DNA of 64,000 nt from Patescibacteria group bacterium (GCA_041665505.1 JBAYIR010000001.1:220392-284391); one strand, 5' to 3'; shown: positions 33,619 to 43,876, counted from the first letter of the stretch. The notes: generated from the sequence alone by a model not told the origin. A program made the numbers and translations.

Positions 33619-36133
33619 GGCAAAAAAATTTATATTTACTAGTTATAAATTAGAACCCAGTAAGACTAGGGCCATTTTTAACTATGCTATTGAATTTGAA
33701 AACAAGCAACCAAGTCTTTCTTTTAGCGAGACCATCATTTTCCCTAGAAAATTTTCTGTTAAAAATATACCTACTGGTTTATTAGAAAATGTCTTAAGCA
33801 GTGTGCATCTAATGTTGGGCATTAGCTATTATAAGCTATACTGTCCGCCAAAAATTATAATAAAATCAAAACCAATTTCCAAAGAGCAAGCCGAGTTTTG
33901 GAGTACTGTTTATAAAAAAGGACTGGGAGAATTTTTTTATCAAAATAAAATTGATCCCAGTAATTTAATAAAATTTCCTTTTGCTAATAAGGTCAAAACT
34001 AGTTCTTATTCTTTGAAGCGGAAAGAAAGAATGCTGGTAGGAATTGGTGGCGGTAAAGATTCTATTGTTGTCGGCGAACTACTTAAAGAAAATAATAAGG
34101 ATATAACAGCCCTGCTTATTGCCACGCAAAAAAGCTCAGCCATTTCTGAGGCAGTTGTTGCTAAAATGGAGATTCCGGCTCTAAAAATAAAACGCTATCT
34201 TGATGAAAAAATATTTACTGAGCACCTTGGTGCCTACAATGGACATATCCCAATTTCGGCGGTGTTTGCCTGGCTAGGTTATTTAACAGCTACCCTATAT
34301 GATTATTCCCATGTGGCTGTTGGCAATGAGTATAGCAGCAACTTTGGTAATATAAAATATAAAAAAGAAGACATAAATCACCAGTGGAGTAAATCTCTGG
34401 AATTTGAAAATCTTTTCCAAAATTACACCAAAAAATTCCTATCAGCCGATATCCTTTATTTCTCCTTGCTCAGGCCATTTTATGAAATCAGGATTGCGGA
34501 AATGTTTGCCAAATACAAGCAGTATTTTCCGGTTTTTTCCAGTTGTAATAGAAATTTTAAAGTACACGAAAAAAGACCAGACACTCTTTGGTGTGGTGAA
34601 TGTGCTAAATGTGTTTTTGTCTTTACGATGCTCTCTGCTTTTTTGAAAGAAAAAGAATTAGTGTCTATATTTGGTAAAAATTTATACCAGGACAAAAAAC
34701 TTTTACCCATGTTTTTAGACGTGCTTGGTTTTGGAAAAATGAAGCCTTTTGATTGTGTTGGTACTTTCGATGAAGCACAGGCAGCCTTGTATCTGGCTAG
34801 AGAAAACTTTAAAGATACTTTTATTATGAAGTATTTCTTGCCAAAAATAAAAAATCCAAAGCTATTAGTGGAGAAAGTCTTTAAGTTTAATATCACTGAC
34901 ACACTGCCTGAACAGTTTGTATTGGTTGGAGCCAGAAATGCCTTAATCTTAGGCTATGGCAAAGAGGGTAAAATGACCGAAGAGTATTTAAAAAAGTATT
35001 TCCCAAAAATAAAAATTACAATTGCGGATAAAACCCTTGATCCGAATTATCTCAAAATACAGAAAAATTTTGATATTGTGAGTAAAACTCCTGGTCTTTC
35101 TAAGCGACAAGTTTCTGTTCCCTATATTACTGCCACCAATATTTTCTTATCTCAAGTAAAAAATATTGTTATAGGCGTGACCGGTACTAAAGGCAAAAGT
35201 ACTACCTCGGCCTTGATTTATGCTATTTTAAAGGAAGCTGGTCAGAAGGTAAGCTTCTTAGGAAATATCGGTACGCCAATGCTTGGTGCTTTGATGAAGC
35301 CAATTGATAAAGATGAAATATTTGTAATTGAGCTCTCCAGTTATCAACTTGATGACATAAAATATTCTCCACACATTGCCCTGATACTAAACCTTTTTCC
35401 TGAACACATGGACTATCATGGTAGTGTTGAAAAATATTATGCTGCCAAAAAAAACATTATAAAATTTCAAAATAAAGACGATTACTTTATCTATAATAGT
35501 CAAAATGATAAGTTGAAAATATTAGCCAAATCAGCAAAAGCCCATAAACTGACCTTTGCCAAAGATTTTAATTTTAAAAATCTTAATACGGCCTTAAAGG
35601 GAAAACATAATGAACAAAACATCAAAGCAGCCATAGCAGTGGCTAAAATATTTAATATTTCCGAATCTGATATCAAAAAAGCCATAGCCAAATTTAAGCC
35701 ACTACCTCATAGACTAGAGTCGCTTGGAAAATTTTCAGATATTTTATTTATTGACGATGCTATTTCAACAACTCCCGAGTCTACAATCATGGCTCTAGAA
35801 ACAATCCCAAATATAGGAACTATTTTTTTAGGGGGGACAGATAGAGGTTATGATTTCACTGAACTGGAAAAATGCTTAAGAAAGAAAAAAATTAAAAACT
35901 TAGTTTTATTTCCTGACAGTGGTCAGCGTATTCTAAAATCAAAAGCTGGATTTAATATCTTAGAAACTTCTAGTATGGAGGAAGCTGTAGCTTTTGCTTA
36001 CAAAAATACACCCAAACAAATGACCTGTTTGCTATCAACAGCCTCTCCCAGTTATAGTCTCTGGAAAAATTTTGAGGAAAAAGGTGAACAATTTAAATAT
36101 TGGATTAAAAAACTTTCAAATAAAGCTAAATAG
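33602..36133 (+). CDS. murD: Fusion protein: N-terminal PP-loop ATPase (N-acetyl-sugar amidotransferase-like) plus C-terminal UDP-N-acetylmuramoylalanine--D-glutamate ligase (MurD)
   Basis: The C-terminal 420 aa aligns with MurD block by block (GVTGTKGKSTT, ELSSYQLDD, LNLFPEHMDYHG, KGKHNEQN, PLPHRLE, LGGTDRGYDF). The N-terminal 420 aa carries the PP-loop GIGGGKDS and a Cys cluster CGECAKC. Confidence 0.8.
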   Translation: MTNSHKAKKFIFTSYKLEPSKTRAIFNYAIEFENKQPSLSFSETIIFPRKFSVKNIPTGLLENVLSSVHLMLGISYYKLYCPPKIIIKSKPISKEQAEFWSTVYKKGLGEFFYQNKIDPSNLIKFPFANKVKTSSYSLKRKERMLVGIGGGKDSIVVGELLKENNKDITALLIATQKSSAISEAVVAKMEIPALKIKRYLDEKIFTEHLGAYNGHIPISAVFAWLGYLTATLYDYSHVAVGNEYSSNFGNIKYKKEDINHQWSKSLEFENLFQNYTKKFLSADILYFSLLRPFYEIRIAEMFAKYKQYFPVFSSCNRNFKVHEKRPDTLWCGECAKCVFVFTMLSAFLKEKELVSIFGKNLYQDKKLLPMFLDVLGFGKMKPFDCVGTFDEAQAALYLARENFKDTFIMKYFLPKIKNPKLLVEKVFKFNITDTLPEQFVLVGARNALILGYGKEGKMTEEYLKKYFPKIKITIADKTLDPNYLKIQKNFDIVSKTPGLSKRQVSVPYITATNIFLSQVKNIVIGVTGTKGKSTTSALIYAILKEAGQKVSFLGNIGTPMLGALMKPIDKDEIFVIELSSYQLDDIKYSPHIALILNLFPEHMDYHGSVEKYYAAKKNIIKFQNKDDYFIYNSQNDKLKILAKSAKAHKLTFAKDFNFKNLNTALKGKHNEQNIKAAIAVAKIFNISESDIKKAIAKFKPLPHRLESLGKFSDILFIDDAISTTPESTIMALETIPNIGTIFLGGTDRGYDFTELEKCLRKKKIKNLVLFPDSGQRILKSKAGFNILETSSMEEAVAFAYKNTPKQMTCLLSTASPSYSLWKNFEEKGEQFKYWIKKLSNKAK

Positions 36134-36136
36134 CTC

Positions 36137-36589
36137 ATGTTAATAGAAAAAAACTTTAACAATTGTCTCTACTGTAACGATAAAGATATTAAATCAAGAG
36201 TGATCTTTGAAGACAATTTAGTGATGGTTTTTCCGACTAATATCCCTATAACCCCAGGACATTTATTAATTTGCCCAAAAAGACATATCAGTAAAATAGA
36301 TGCTTTGTCTGATGAAGAACTAAAAGCAATTAAAGATTTAATAGTGCGTTTAAAAAATACTCTAGCAAAAACATTTGGGGCCGAAGGTTTTAATGTTGCC
36401 TTAAATGAAGGCCAAAGTGCTGGTCAATCAATAGACCACTTGCATATACATATAGTGCCTAGAAAAGCTGGAGATGCCGGAATATATGAGTACGAGCCTA
36501 GAAAATTTCTTTATCGACCAGGCTCAAGAAATACTTCCCCAGAAAATGAACTCAGAGAAATTACTGAATTAATCAAAAAAAACATTTAA
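36137..36589 (+). CDS. HIT family hydrolase
   Basis: Histidine triad HLHIHIVPR. Confidence 0.8.
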   Translation: MLIEKNFNNCLYCNDKDIKSRVIFEDNLVMVFPTNIPITPGHLLICPKRHISKIDALSDEELKAIKDLIVRLKNTLAKTFGAEGFNVALNEGQSAGQSIDHLHIHIVPRKAGDAGIYEYEPRKFLYRPGSRNTSPENELREITELIKKNI

Positions 36590-36601
36590 TAATATTAATG
36601 C

Positions 36602-37024
36602 ATGGAAAATAATATTACACTTCAAGTCGGCGTTAAAGCTCTGCTCAAAAATAAAGAAGGTCAGTATTTACTGATTCGTCGTTCACTTATCAAATATCCT
36701 GATATCAAAGGACGCTGGGATATTGTCGGTGGGCGCATTGAGCCAGGTACGACTTTGTTAGAGAATCTGCGTCGTGAAATCAAAGAAGAAACGAACTTAG
36801 AATTAGTAAATACTCCACAATTAATTGCTGCTCAAGATATTATACCAAAAGTAGATAAGCATATTGTCCGCCTTACTTATATAGGCGAAATAAGTGGGGA
36901 AATAAAGCTAGATGAATCAGAAAATGATATGTACAAGTGGTACAGCTCTGATGAATTAAAACAAGTAGCAGATATGGATATTTATTTTAAGGAATTATTA
37001 GATAATAATTATATTATCATTTAG
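36602..37024 (+). CDS. Nudix hydrolase
   Basis: Nudix box GGRIEPGTTLLENLRREIKEETNL. Confidence 0.8.
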   Translation: MENNITLQVGVKALLKNKEGQYLLIRRSLIKYPDIKGRWDIVGGRIEPGTTLLENLRREIKEETNLELVNTPQLIAAQDIIPKVDKHIVRLTYIGEISGEIKLDESENDMYKWYSSDELKQVADMDIYFKELLDNNYIII

Positions 37025-37041
37025 AATAATATATAATAAAT

Positions 37042-38514
37042 ATGAGTTTTGAGAAACAACCAGCACACCCACCATTTAAGGGTGAATTAAAAAAAGTCAA
37101 AGCAGGTGATAATTTTGATGTCCATAAATTAGAAGAATCAGAAGATTCTATATCTTTGCCAGAAGGAGAAGAAAAAGATTTTGTAAGTGACCAGTTTATT
37201 ATCACAGAATATGTTTCTTATGAAAATAGAGACCACCAAAGTTTTGTGGGCTTAAAAAAATTCTATGAAGATGCTAAAGGAGAATTAGAAGATATCTTGC
37301 CACAATCATTTTTTGTAGAAGGACCACCATCTGATCCTCAACAACTTGGTCGGGCATTTTATGTTATTCAAAATTTTGATAATCCTGGCTTTAATGAAAG
37401 AGCCAAAAAAACAGCCGATTTAAATACTAATGAATTTTCTGTAGAGTTTTTGCAACGTTTATTGGATATACAAGATAGATTGACTAGATTTTTATCTAAA
37501 TATAGCGACGATTTACCAAGCGACTGGGTAAATAGCGATGATTTAGACCCAAAATTATTTAAAGAGGATGTGTTGTATGATTCAGAAAGTTCTCAAATTC
37601 AAATCAGTAACTTTTTCAAACTTGATGCCCAGACTGCTCAAGTAGCTTTGGGTAATGAACAACATTTTGAAGCTAGCCAAAACAGATTGCAAATTTTAAA
37701 AATAATGGGTTTAGCTAGCTTAGTAACTAAAATAGATAGAGCTATAGAGAGAAGTGCTTTTAGTCAATGGACCAAAGATAAACGAGTACATTGGAAACTT
37801 GATCCAGAAAAATTAAAAAGTTTAGAGGCAAAAGATAGTAAAGCTATGGCACTGACATTTGATGACGGGCCAAATGATGAAACTGAAGAATTACTGGACA
37901 TATTAAAAAGACAAAATGTCAAAGCTACTTTTTTCCTGGTTGGTTCTCAAATTGCTGGCCGAGAACATATAGTAAAAAGAATAGCCGACGAAGGACACCA
38001 AATAGGTGTCCATGAATGGTCTCAAGAGGGTCTACCTACCAATCAGGCTCTTAAAAATCCTGGTGAATTTGCTAAAAGATTTGTTGGGCCAAGACAAGAT
38101 TTAGGTGATGTCAAAAGAACCAAGGAACTAATAACTAGTATCACTGGCCAAGAACCTAAGATTGGTCGAGTAGCCGGAGTTCATGGCACTATAGATAGTT
38201 TTAGAGAGTTTGAGGCTATGAATTTGGATATAATTCATGGTGATGCTTATGACATTTTATTTATTCCACCAACAAAAAAATTGCACGCTAAAAAACTTTT
38301 AGAAAGAGCTCTAAAAAATAATGGCGCTGGTAAAATAAGAATTTTTCATATTGGTACTATGAAAGATGATGGTCAGCCTATGACCAAAGACGAAATTGAT
38401 TTTGCCGAAGGTGAAGTCTACCCACCAGCTGAAACATTAAAAATAATAGAAAATTATATAAAAACTAGCCAAGCTCAAGGCTATACTTTTGTTGGTATTG
38501 AAGAAAATATATAA
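37042..38514 (+). CDS. Polysaccharide/peptidoglycan deacetylase (NodB homology domain) with an N-terminal extension
   Basis: LTFDDGP motif and the KATFFLVG block. Confidence 0.7.
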   Translation: MSFEKQPAHPPFKGELKKVKAGDNFDVHKLEESEDSISLPEGEEKDFVSDQFIITEYVSYENRDHQSFVGLKKFYEDAKGELEDILPQSFFVEGPPSDPQQLGRAFYVIQNFDNPGFNERAKKTADLNTNEFSVEFLQRLLDIQDRLTRFLSKYSDDLPSDWVNSDDLDPKLFKEDVLYDSESSQIQISNFFKLDAQTAQVALGNEQHFEASQNRLQILKIMGLASLVTKIDRAIERSAFSQWTKDKRVHWKLDPEKLKSLEAKDSKAMALTFDDGPNDETEELLDILKRQNVKATFFLVGSQIAGREHIVKRIADEGHQIGVHEWSQEGLPTNQALKNPGEFAKRFVGPRQDLGDVKRTKELITSITGQEPKIGRVAGVHGTIDSFREFEAMNLDIIHGDAYDILFIPPTKKLHAKKLLERALKNNGAGKIRIFHIGTMKDDGQPMTKDEIDFAEGEVYPPAETLKIIENYIKTSQAQGYTFVGIEENI

Positions 38515-38516
38515 AT

Positions 38517-39014
38517 ATGAAAAAATATACTAGAGCTCAAAATATAAAATATTACGCCAAGCTTCCACGCAAACGTGTATCTGTCGGCGCTCTATTTTTT
38601 AATAATAAAAACCAATTACTAATAGTAAAACCTAATTACAAAGATAATTGGCTCTTGGTTGGTGGTAGTGTAGAAAAGCAAGAATCACCCTATCAAGGGA
38701 TCAAAAGAGAAGTTAAAGAAGAGATTGGCATAAATTTTAAACCTAGACCAATCTGCATTGAATATCAATTAAAGAAAAATTTTCAAAGTGAAACAATTTA
38801 TATACTATTCTATGGAGGAGTATTAAACCAAAAACAGATTAACGCTATTAAATTACAAAAATCCGAGCTGGAGGAGTACAAATTTATTAGCCCTAAGCTG
38901 GCTATAAAAGTTTTGAGCAAAACAGCTGGTCCTAGAATACCACACTGTCTAAAGGCCATTAAAAATAAGCAAATAGTGTATCTAGAAAATGGTAAGCTAA
39001 TAAATAATTTATGA
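38517..39014 (+). CDS. Nudix hydrolase
   Basis: Nudix box GGSVEKQESPYQGIKREVKEEIGI. Confidence 0.75.
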   Translation: MKKYTRAQNIKYYAKLPRKRVSVGALFFNNKNQLLIVKPNYKDNWLLVGGSVEKQESPYQGIKREVKEEIGINFKPRPICIEYQLKKNFQSETIYILFYGGVLNQKQINAIKLQKSELEEYKFISPKLAIKVLSKTAGPRIPHCLKAIKNKQIVYLENGKLINNL

Positions 39015-39475
39015 AAAAAAAGTATACTTTAATATTTATTAGCAAAGATAATAAAATACTTTTAGGGCTAAAAAAAAGAGGTTTTGCTTTTGGTAAATAT
39101 ACTCTAGTTGGTGGCAAGGTAGAGCCGGGGGAGACTATTGAAGAAGGAGCTAGAAGAGAAGTCTTTGAAGAATCAAATTTAGATGTACGAGATTTAAAAA
39201 AAATAGCTGTCTTAGATTTTGTCTGGCCGGATAAAAAAAATCCTGATATGGAAGTTCATTTGTTTAAAACTAATAATTTTTCTGGTCAGCTGGCAGACAA
39301 TGATGAAATCAGTCCTAGTTGGTTTGAAATTGATAAGCTACCATATAAAAAAATGCTAGATGATAATAAATATTGGTTTCCACTAGTATTAAAAGATCAA
39401 AAATTTCAAGCCCAATTTTTATTTGATAAGCATGATAAAGTAATCAGCCATAATATAAAAATAGAGACTCCTTAG
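39011..39475 (+). CDS. Nudix hydrolase, MutT-like
   Basis: Nudix box GGKVEPGETIEEGARREVFEESNL. Confidence 0.75.
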   Translation: MKKKYTLIFISKDNKILLGLKKRGFAFGKYTLVGGKVEPGETIEEGARREVFEESNLDVRDLKKIAVLDFVWPDKKNPDMEVHLFKTNNFSGQLADNDEISPSWFEIDKLPYKKMLDDNKYWFPLVLKDQKFQAQFLFDKHDKVISHNIKIETP

Positions 39476-39539
39476 GGAGCCTTTTATTGACCTTGAAAAA
39501 TAATCTGTTTTCTGGTATATTATAGCTGATAATTTTCCT

Positions 39540-39816
39540 ATGTCGCTAGATAAAATAGCTAAAATTAGACAAAAAAATAGACAAAGTGGATCGAGAAATT
39601 ATCCACAGTCTAGCCAAAAGGCGTTCTTTAATAGAAAAGATTGCTAATTTTAAAGATCCTTATAATATTCGTGATCTAAAAAGAGAAAAAGAAATTATTG
39701 AAAATATAACTACAGTAGCCAGAAAAAATAAACTAGAAGAAACTTTCATTAAAGACTTATATAAAAAAATAATGGCCGGGGATTTAAAACAAATAAAAAA
39801 TATTCTACAAAAATAA
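39540..39816 (+). CDS. Chorismate mutase-like (AroQ class) protein, interrupted by a +1 frameshift at an A7 tract
   Basis: Frame A from ATG 39540 gives MSLDKIAKIRQK. Skipping one A in the A7 run at 39571-39577 continues as IDKVDREIIHSLAKRRSLIEKIANFK...RDLKREKEI, the AroQ helix-1 consensus. The ORF track only reports the downstream part (39586-39816, GTG start). Confidence 0.5.
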
Positions 39817-40896
39817 ATGTTTTATCAAAAAATTATTAGACCAATCTTATTTCTCTTTGACCCAGAAAAAATTCATGATTTTACTATCTGGGGCTTATCT
39901 TTTTTTAGTAAATCAAAAATATTAAATCAGCTTCTCAAGTCTAGACTAAACTATACTTCGCCACGCTTGCGTCAAAAATTATTTGGCCTTTATTTTAAAA
40001 ACCCAATTGGGTTAGCCGCTGGTTTAGATAAAAATGGCAAAGCCATAAACACTTGGTCAGCTATGGGCTTTGGCTGGGCTGAAATTGGTTCTATTACTTA
40101 TCAAGTTCAAGCTGGTAACCCAAAACCTAGATTATGGAGACTACCTCAAGATAAAGGCTTGGTTGTTTATTATGGTTTGGCCAATCAAGGAGCTATAAAA
40201 ATAGTAGAACAACTCAAGAAAAAAACTGGTTTGATATCAGCTAGTATTGCCAAAAGTAATAATGTGCCATTAGAAAAAGCCGCTGATGATTACCAAGCTA
40301 GCTTTGAAATATTAGCTGAACATGCTCAAATTATTACTATTAATCTAAGCTGTCCTAATGTCAAAAATTTTACTGGTTTGCAATCCAAAGAATTACTAGA
40401 ACCAATATTAGAAAGAATACAAAGCATCAATAGCAAACAAAAACCTATTTGGCTCAAAATTGGACAAGATTTGTCCAAGGAGGAGCTAGATGATATTATT
40501 TATTTAGCCAAAAAATATCATATAGCCGCTATTTTGGCTTGTAATTTATCTAAAGATAAAAGTCACTTAAACTTAAAATCCAAACATCAAGATAAACCAG
40601 GTGGTGTCTCTGGCCAAGCCATTAGAGCTAAAACTAATAAAATTATTGCCTATCTTTATCAAAACAGTGAAGGTAAATATAAGATTGTTGGTATTGGCGG
40701 TGTTTTTTCCGGCTATGATGCCTACCAAAAAATAAAAGCTGGTGCCAACTTAGTTCAGTTAATTACTGGCTTGATATACAATGGCCCTAGTACTATTAGA
40801 GTGATAAACACCCAATTGGAAAATTTAATTCAAAATGACAATTTTAAACATATCTCCGAAGCAGTTGGTATAGAAAGTGACCAGTACCATTTATGA
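39817..40896 (+). CDS. pyrD: Dihydroorotate dehydrogenase (quinone), class 2
   Basis: IGLAAGLDKNG, NLSCPN and GIGGV motifs. Confidence 0.88.
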   Translation: MFYQKIIRPILFLFDPEKIHDFTIWGLSFFSKSKILNQLLKSRLNYTSPRLRQKLFGLYFKNPIGLAAGLDKNGKAINTWSAMGFGWAEIGSITYQVQAGNPKPRLWRLPQDKGLVVYYGLANQGAIKIVEQLKKKTGLISASIAKSNNVPLEKAADDYQASFEILAEHAQIITINLSCPNVKNFTGLQSKELLEPILERIQSINSKQKPIWLKIGQDLSKEELDDIIYLAKKYHIAAILACNLSKDKSHLNLKSKHQDKPGGVSGQAIRAKTNKIIAYLYQNSEGKYKIVGIGGVFSGYDAYQKIKAGANLVQLITGLIYNGPSTIRVINTQLENLIQNDNFKHISEAVGIESDQYHL

Positions 40897-42410
40897 ACTT
40901 AGAATACAAAAATTATTATAAGTATAGAATTTTAGAAATAATACCAGGTTTATTTGTCTGGCTGACTTTTATAGCTACTATTGTTTTATCTTTTATTTCG
41001 CCACTCTATGGTATTTATTTTATTATAATTTTTGATGTTTATTTTGTTTTGCGTATCACTTACATGCTTATTTATTTGCTTATTTCTTGGTTTAAATACC
41101 GCCAGGCCAATAAAGTAGATTGGTGGAAATTTTTAACTGATACTCATTCTAAAAATTGGGCCGAGTATTATCACATTATATTTTTACCGACCGCTGGTGA
41201 GCCATTGGAAGTAGTAGCTAGTACTTTTGATAACCTAGCTTATAAAACCAAATATGATCAAAAAAAATTCATAATTGTTTTGGCTGGTGAAGAACGTTAC
41301 ATGGAACAATTTTTAGAAATATCTAGTCAAATAAGCAAAAAATACAACAATAATTTTTATAATATCATTGTTACTATCCATCCTGATAATCTGGAAGGGG
41401 ATTTAAAGGGTAAAGGCTCCAATCTTTATTATACTGGTTATGAAGTAAAGAAATATATTGACGCCCAAAAACTAGATTACAAAAAATTAATTGTTTCTAC
41501 TTTTGATATAGATACGATTTCTCATCCAGATTATTTTGCTTATTTGACTCACAAATTTATATCCCACAAAAATCCCTATCAAGCCAGTTTTCAGCCAATG
41601 GCTTTTTATCATAATAATGTCTGGGAATCTGATATTATCACTAGAGTAGTGGCCAACGGCACCACTTTTTGGCTCTTAACTGATTTAGCCCGCCCTGACA
41701 GGTTATTTACTTTTTCTTCTCACTCTATGAGTTGGCAAGCTTTAGTAGATATTGGTTTTTGGCAAAATAATATAGTGACTGAAGACTCTCGTATATTTTT
41801 ACAATGCTTAATACATTATAATGGGGATTATGAGGTAGTACCAATGCATATCCCTGTTTCCATGAATACTGTTCACGTTGGCAGTCTTTACCGCAGTTTA
41901 GTCAATCAATACAAACAAATGCGCCGCTGGGCTTATGGAGTAGAACATTTTCCTTACATGATTTGGCAATTTAGCAAAAACCAAAAAATTCCTAAAAGTA
42001 AAAAATGGATTTATACTTGGAATCAAACAGAAGGAGTCTATACTTGGGCTACGGCACCAGTTTTAATATTTATCATGGGTTATTTACCCCTGTACTTGGC
42101 TGAAAAACAAAATTTGACTAATGTCCTGACCCAAAATGCACCCCTGATGCTAGAAAATATAATGCGTTCTGGTATGATTGGTATGCTAATAATTGCTTTA
42201 ATGAGTGTGATAATATTACCGCCTATTCCACCAAAACACCGCGGTTCTAGATACAATATAGCTTTTAAATATTTACTAATGTTCTTGCAATGGATTATTT
42301 TTCCTGTCACTATGATACTCTTTGGTTCTTTACCAGCTATTGATGCTCAAACTAGATTAATGTTGGGTAAATATTTAGGTTTTTGGGTGACGGAAAAGAA
42401 AAAAATATAA
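40893..42410 (+). CDS. Integral-membrane family 2 glycosyltransferase (processive, QxxRW type)
   Basis: TM helices at both ends. The cytoplasmic domain carries TFDID (DxD) and QMRRW (QxxRW). Confidence 0.5.
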   Translation: MNLEYKNYYKYRILEIIPGLFVWLTFIATIVLSFISPLYGIYFIIIFDVYFVLRITYMLIYLLISWFKYRQANKVDWWKFLTDTHSKNWAEYYHIIFLPTAGEPLEVVASTFDNLAYKTKYDQKKFIIVLAGEERYMEQFLEISSQISKKYNNNFYNIIVTIHPDNLEGDLKGKGSNLYYTGYEVKKYIDAQKLDYKKLIVSTFDIDTISHPDYFAYLTHKFISHKNPYQASFQPMAFYHNNVWESDIITRVVANGTTFWLLTDLARPDRLFTFSSHSMSWQALVDIGFWQNNIVTEDSRIFLQCLIHYNGDYEVVPMHIPVSMNTVHVGSLYRSLVNQYKQMRRWAYGVEHFPYMIWQFSKNQKIPKSKKWIYTWNQTEGVYTWATAPVLIFIMGYLPLYLAEKQNLTNVLTQNAPLMLENIMRSGMIGMLIIALMSVIILPPIPPKHRGSRYNIAFKYLLMFLQWIIFPVTMILFGSLPAIDAQTRLMLGKYLGFWVTEKKKI

Positions 42411-42425
42411 TAATTACTAATATAA

Positions 42426-42456
42426 AAAACACTTCAGAATTGACTAGAGTGTTTTT
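42426..42456. terminator. Bidirectional terminator between convergent genes
   Basis: AAAACACT...AGTGTTTTTTT hairpin flanked by A-runs and T-runs. Confidence 0.45.
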
Positions 42457-43395
42457 TTATTGAAAAGTTTTATCTAAATATTTTTGATAACCACGGATAA
42501 ATTCATCAGCTTTTATTATTTTCTTAGCAGCTGGTTGAAGCTCTAAAATTTTGATAGACCCTTCTCCAGTACCAACTAATAAAGTATTTTTATCAAAACT
42601 TATTTGACCGACTTTGAACTTTTGGTCCACTACTTCTGTTTTTAAAATTCTAACATCCAAATTATCTAATTTGGTATAAGCGCCTGGCCAAAGACGAAAA
42701 GCGCGAACTTGATTATGAATCTCCTGGGCAGATTTTTGCCAGTCAATTTGACCATCTTCTTTTTTAATCATTTTACAAAACGTAGCTTGCCGGTCATCTT
42801 GAGCTAGGGGACTAATTTTGTTATTTAAATAGTCTAATATGTTTTTATGCAAAAGATCAGCTCCTAAGTCAGCTAAACGTTCAGATAAAGCTATATAATC
42901 CTCATTTGGGTCTATTTTTAGCTTTATTTGGCTCAAAATTGGCCCGTGGTCCATCTTTTTGTCCAATTGCATCAAAGATAGGCCTGTAGACTCAAAACCA
43001 GCTAAAATGGCGCTTTGAATAGGTGATGGTCCACGTAAAACTGGTAAAAGGGAAGGATGGATATTAATGGCTTTAAGTGCAGATAAATCCAAAATATTTT
43101 GAGGAATTATTTTACCATAAGCTACGACTACAAAGGCAGCTGGCAAATATTTTTCTAAGACGCTGATAAAACTTTCATCTAGTTTGTCCGGAGTTAAAAT
43201 AGCTAGATTATTTTGCAGAGCATATTCTTTGACTGGACTAGCCAGCATTTTTTTACCCCGTCCAGCTGGTCTATCAGGTTGAGTAATTACCAAAGATACT
43301 AAATTTAATTTATTCAGTATATTTAAAGAGGGCACAGCAAATTCAGGGCTGCCCCAAAATATAATTTTAGAAGAGTTATTTTGCTTGTTCATCAA
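42457..43395 (-). CDS. fmt: Methionyl-tRNA formyltransferase
   Basis: IIFWGSPEFAVPSL N-terminus and SLLP motif. Confidence 0.88.
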   Translation of the reverse strand: MMNKQNNSSKIIFWGSPEFAVPSLNILNKLNLVSLVITQPDRPAGRGKKMLASPVKEYALQNNLAILTPDKLDESFISVLEKYLPAAFVVVAYGKIIPQNILDLSALKAINIHPSLLPVLRGPSPIQSAILAGFESTGLSLMQLDKKMDHGPILSQIKLKIDPNEDYIALSERLADLGADLLHKNILDYLNNKISPLAQDDRQATFCKMIKKEDGQIDWQKSAQEIHNQVRAFRLWPGAYTKLDNLDVRILKTEVVDQKFKVGQISFDKNTLLVGTGEGSIKILELQPAAKKIIKADEFIRGYQKYLDKTFQ

Positions 43396-43876
43396 GTTGT
43401 TTTTTTAAGGCATCTAATATTTCCTGCCCTTGATTTATTTTCTCAACTCGGTCAATAAATAATATACCATTAAGATGATCTACTTCGTGTTGCAAAACCA
43501 CTGCGGCTATACCTTTTATTTTGTCTTTATGTAACTGGCCACTTAAATCCTGATATTTAATATGAATTTTTTTTGGCCTAATGACATCACCAAATATTTT
43601 TGGTAGTGACAAACAACCTTCATCAGTAGTAGTTTTTTCTTTGGAAAAGAAAGTAATTTCAGGATTAACATAAGCCTTATATTTAGTATCTCCTAGTCCA
43701 ATTACTAATAATCTAATGCTTTGACTAACTTGCGGGGCAGCTAAACCTATGCCATCATCATTGTACATCGCCTTAGCCATCTCGTCAGCCATATTTTTTA
43801 GAGCATCATCAAAAACACTAATGGTTTTAGCAATTTTTCTAAGTATTGGATCTGGGTATTTGGCTATTTTAAACAT
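43376..43876 (-). CDS. def: Peptide deformylase
   Basis: GLAAPQV, EGCLS and HEVDHLNG motifs. Confidence 0.9.
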   Translation of the reverse strand: MFKIAKYPDPILRKIAKTISVFDDALKNMADEMAKAMYNDDGIGLAAPQVSQSIRLLVIGLGDTKYKAYVNPEITFFSKEKTTTDEGCLSLPKIFGDVIRPKKIHIKYQDLSGQLHKDKIKGIAAVVLQHEVDHLNGILFIDRVEKINQGQEILDALKKQLDEQAK

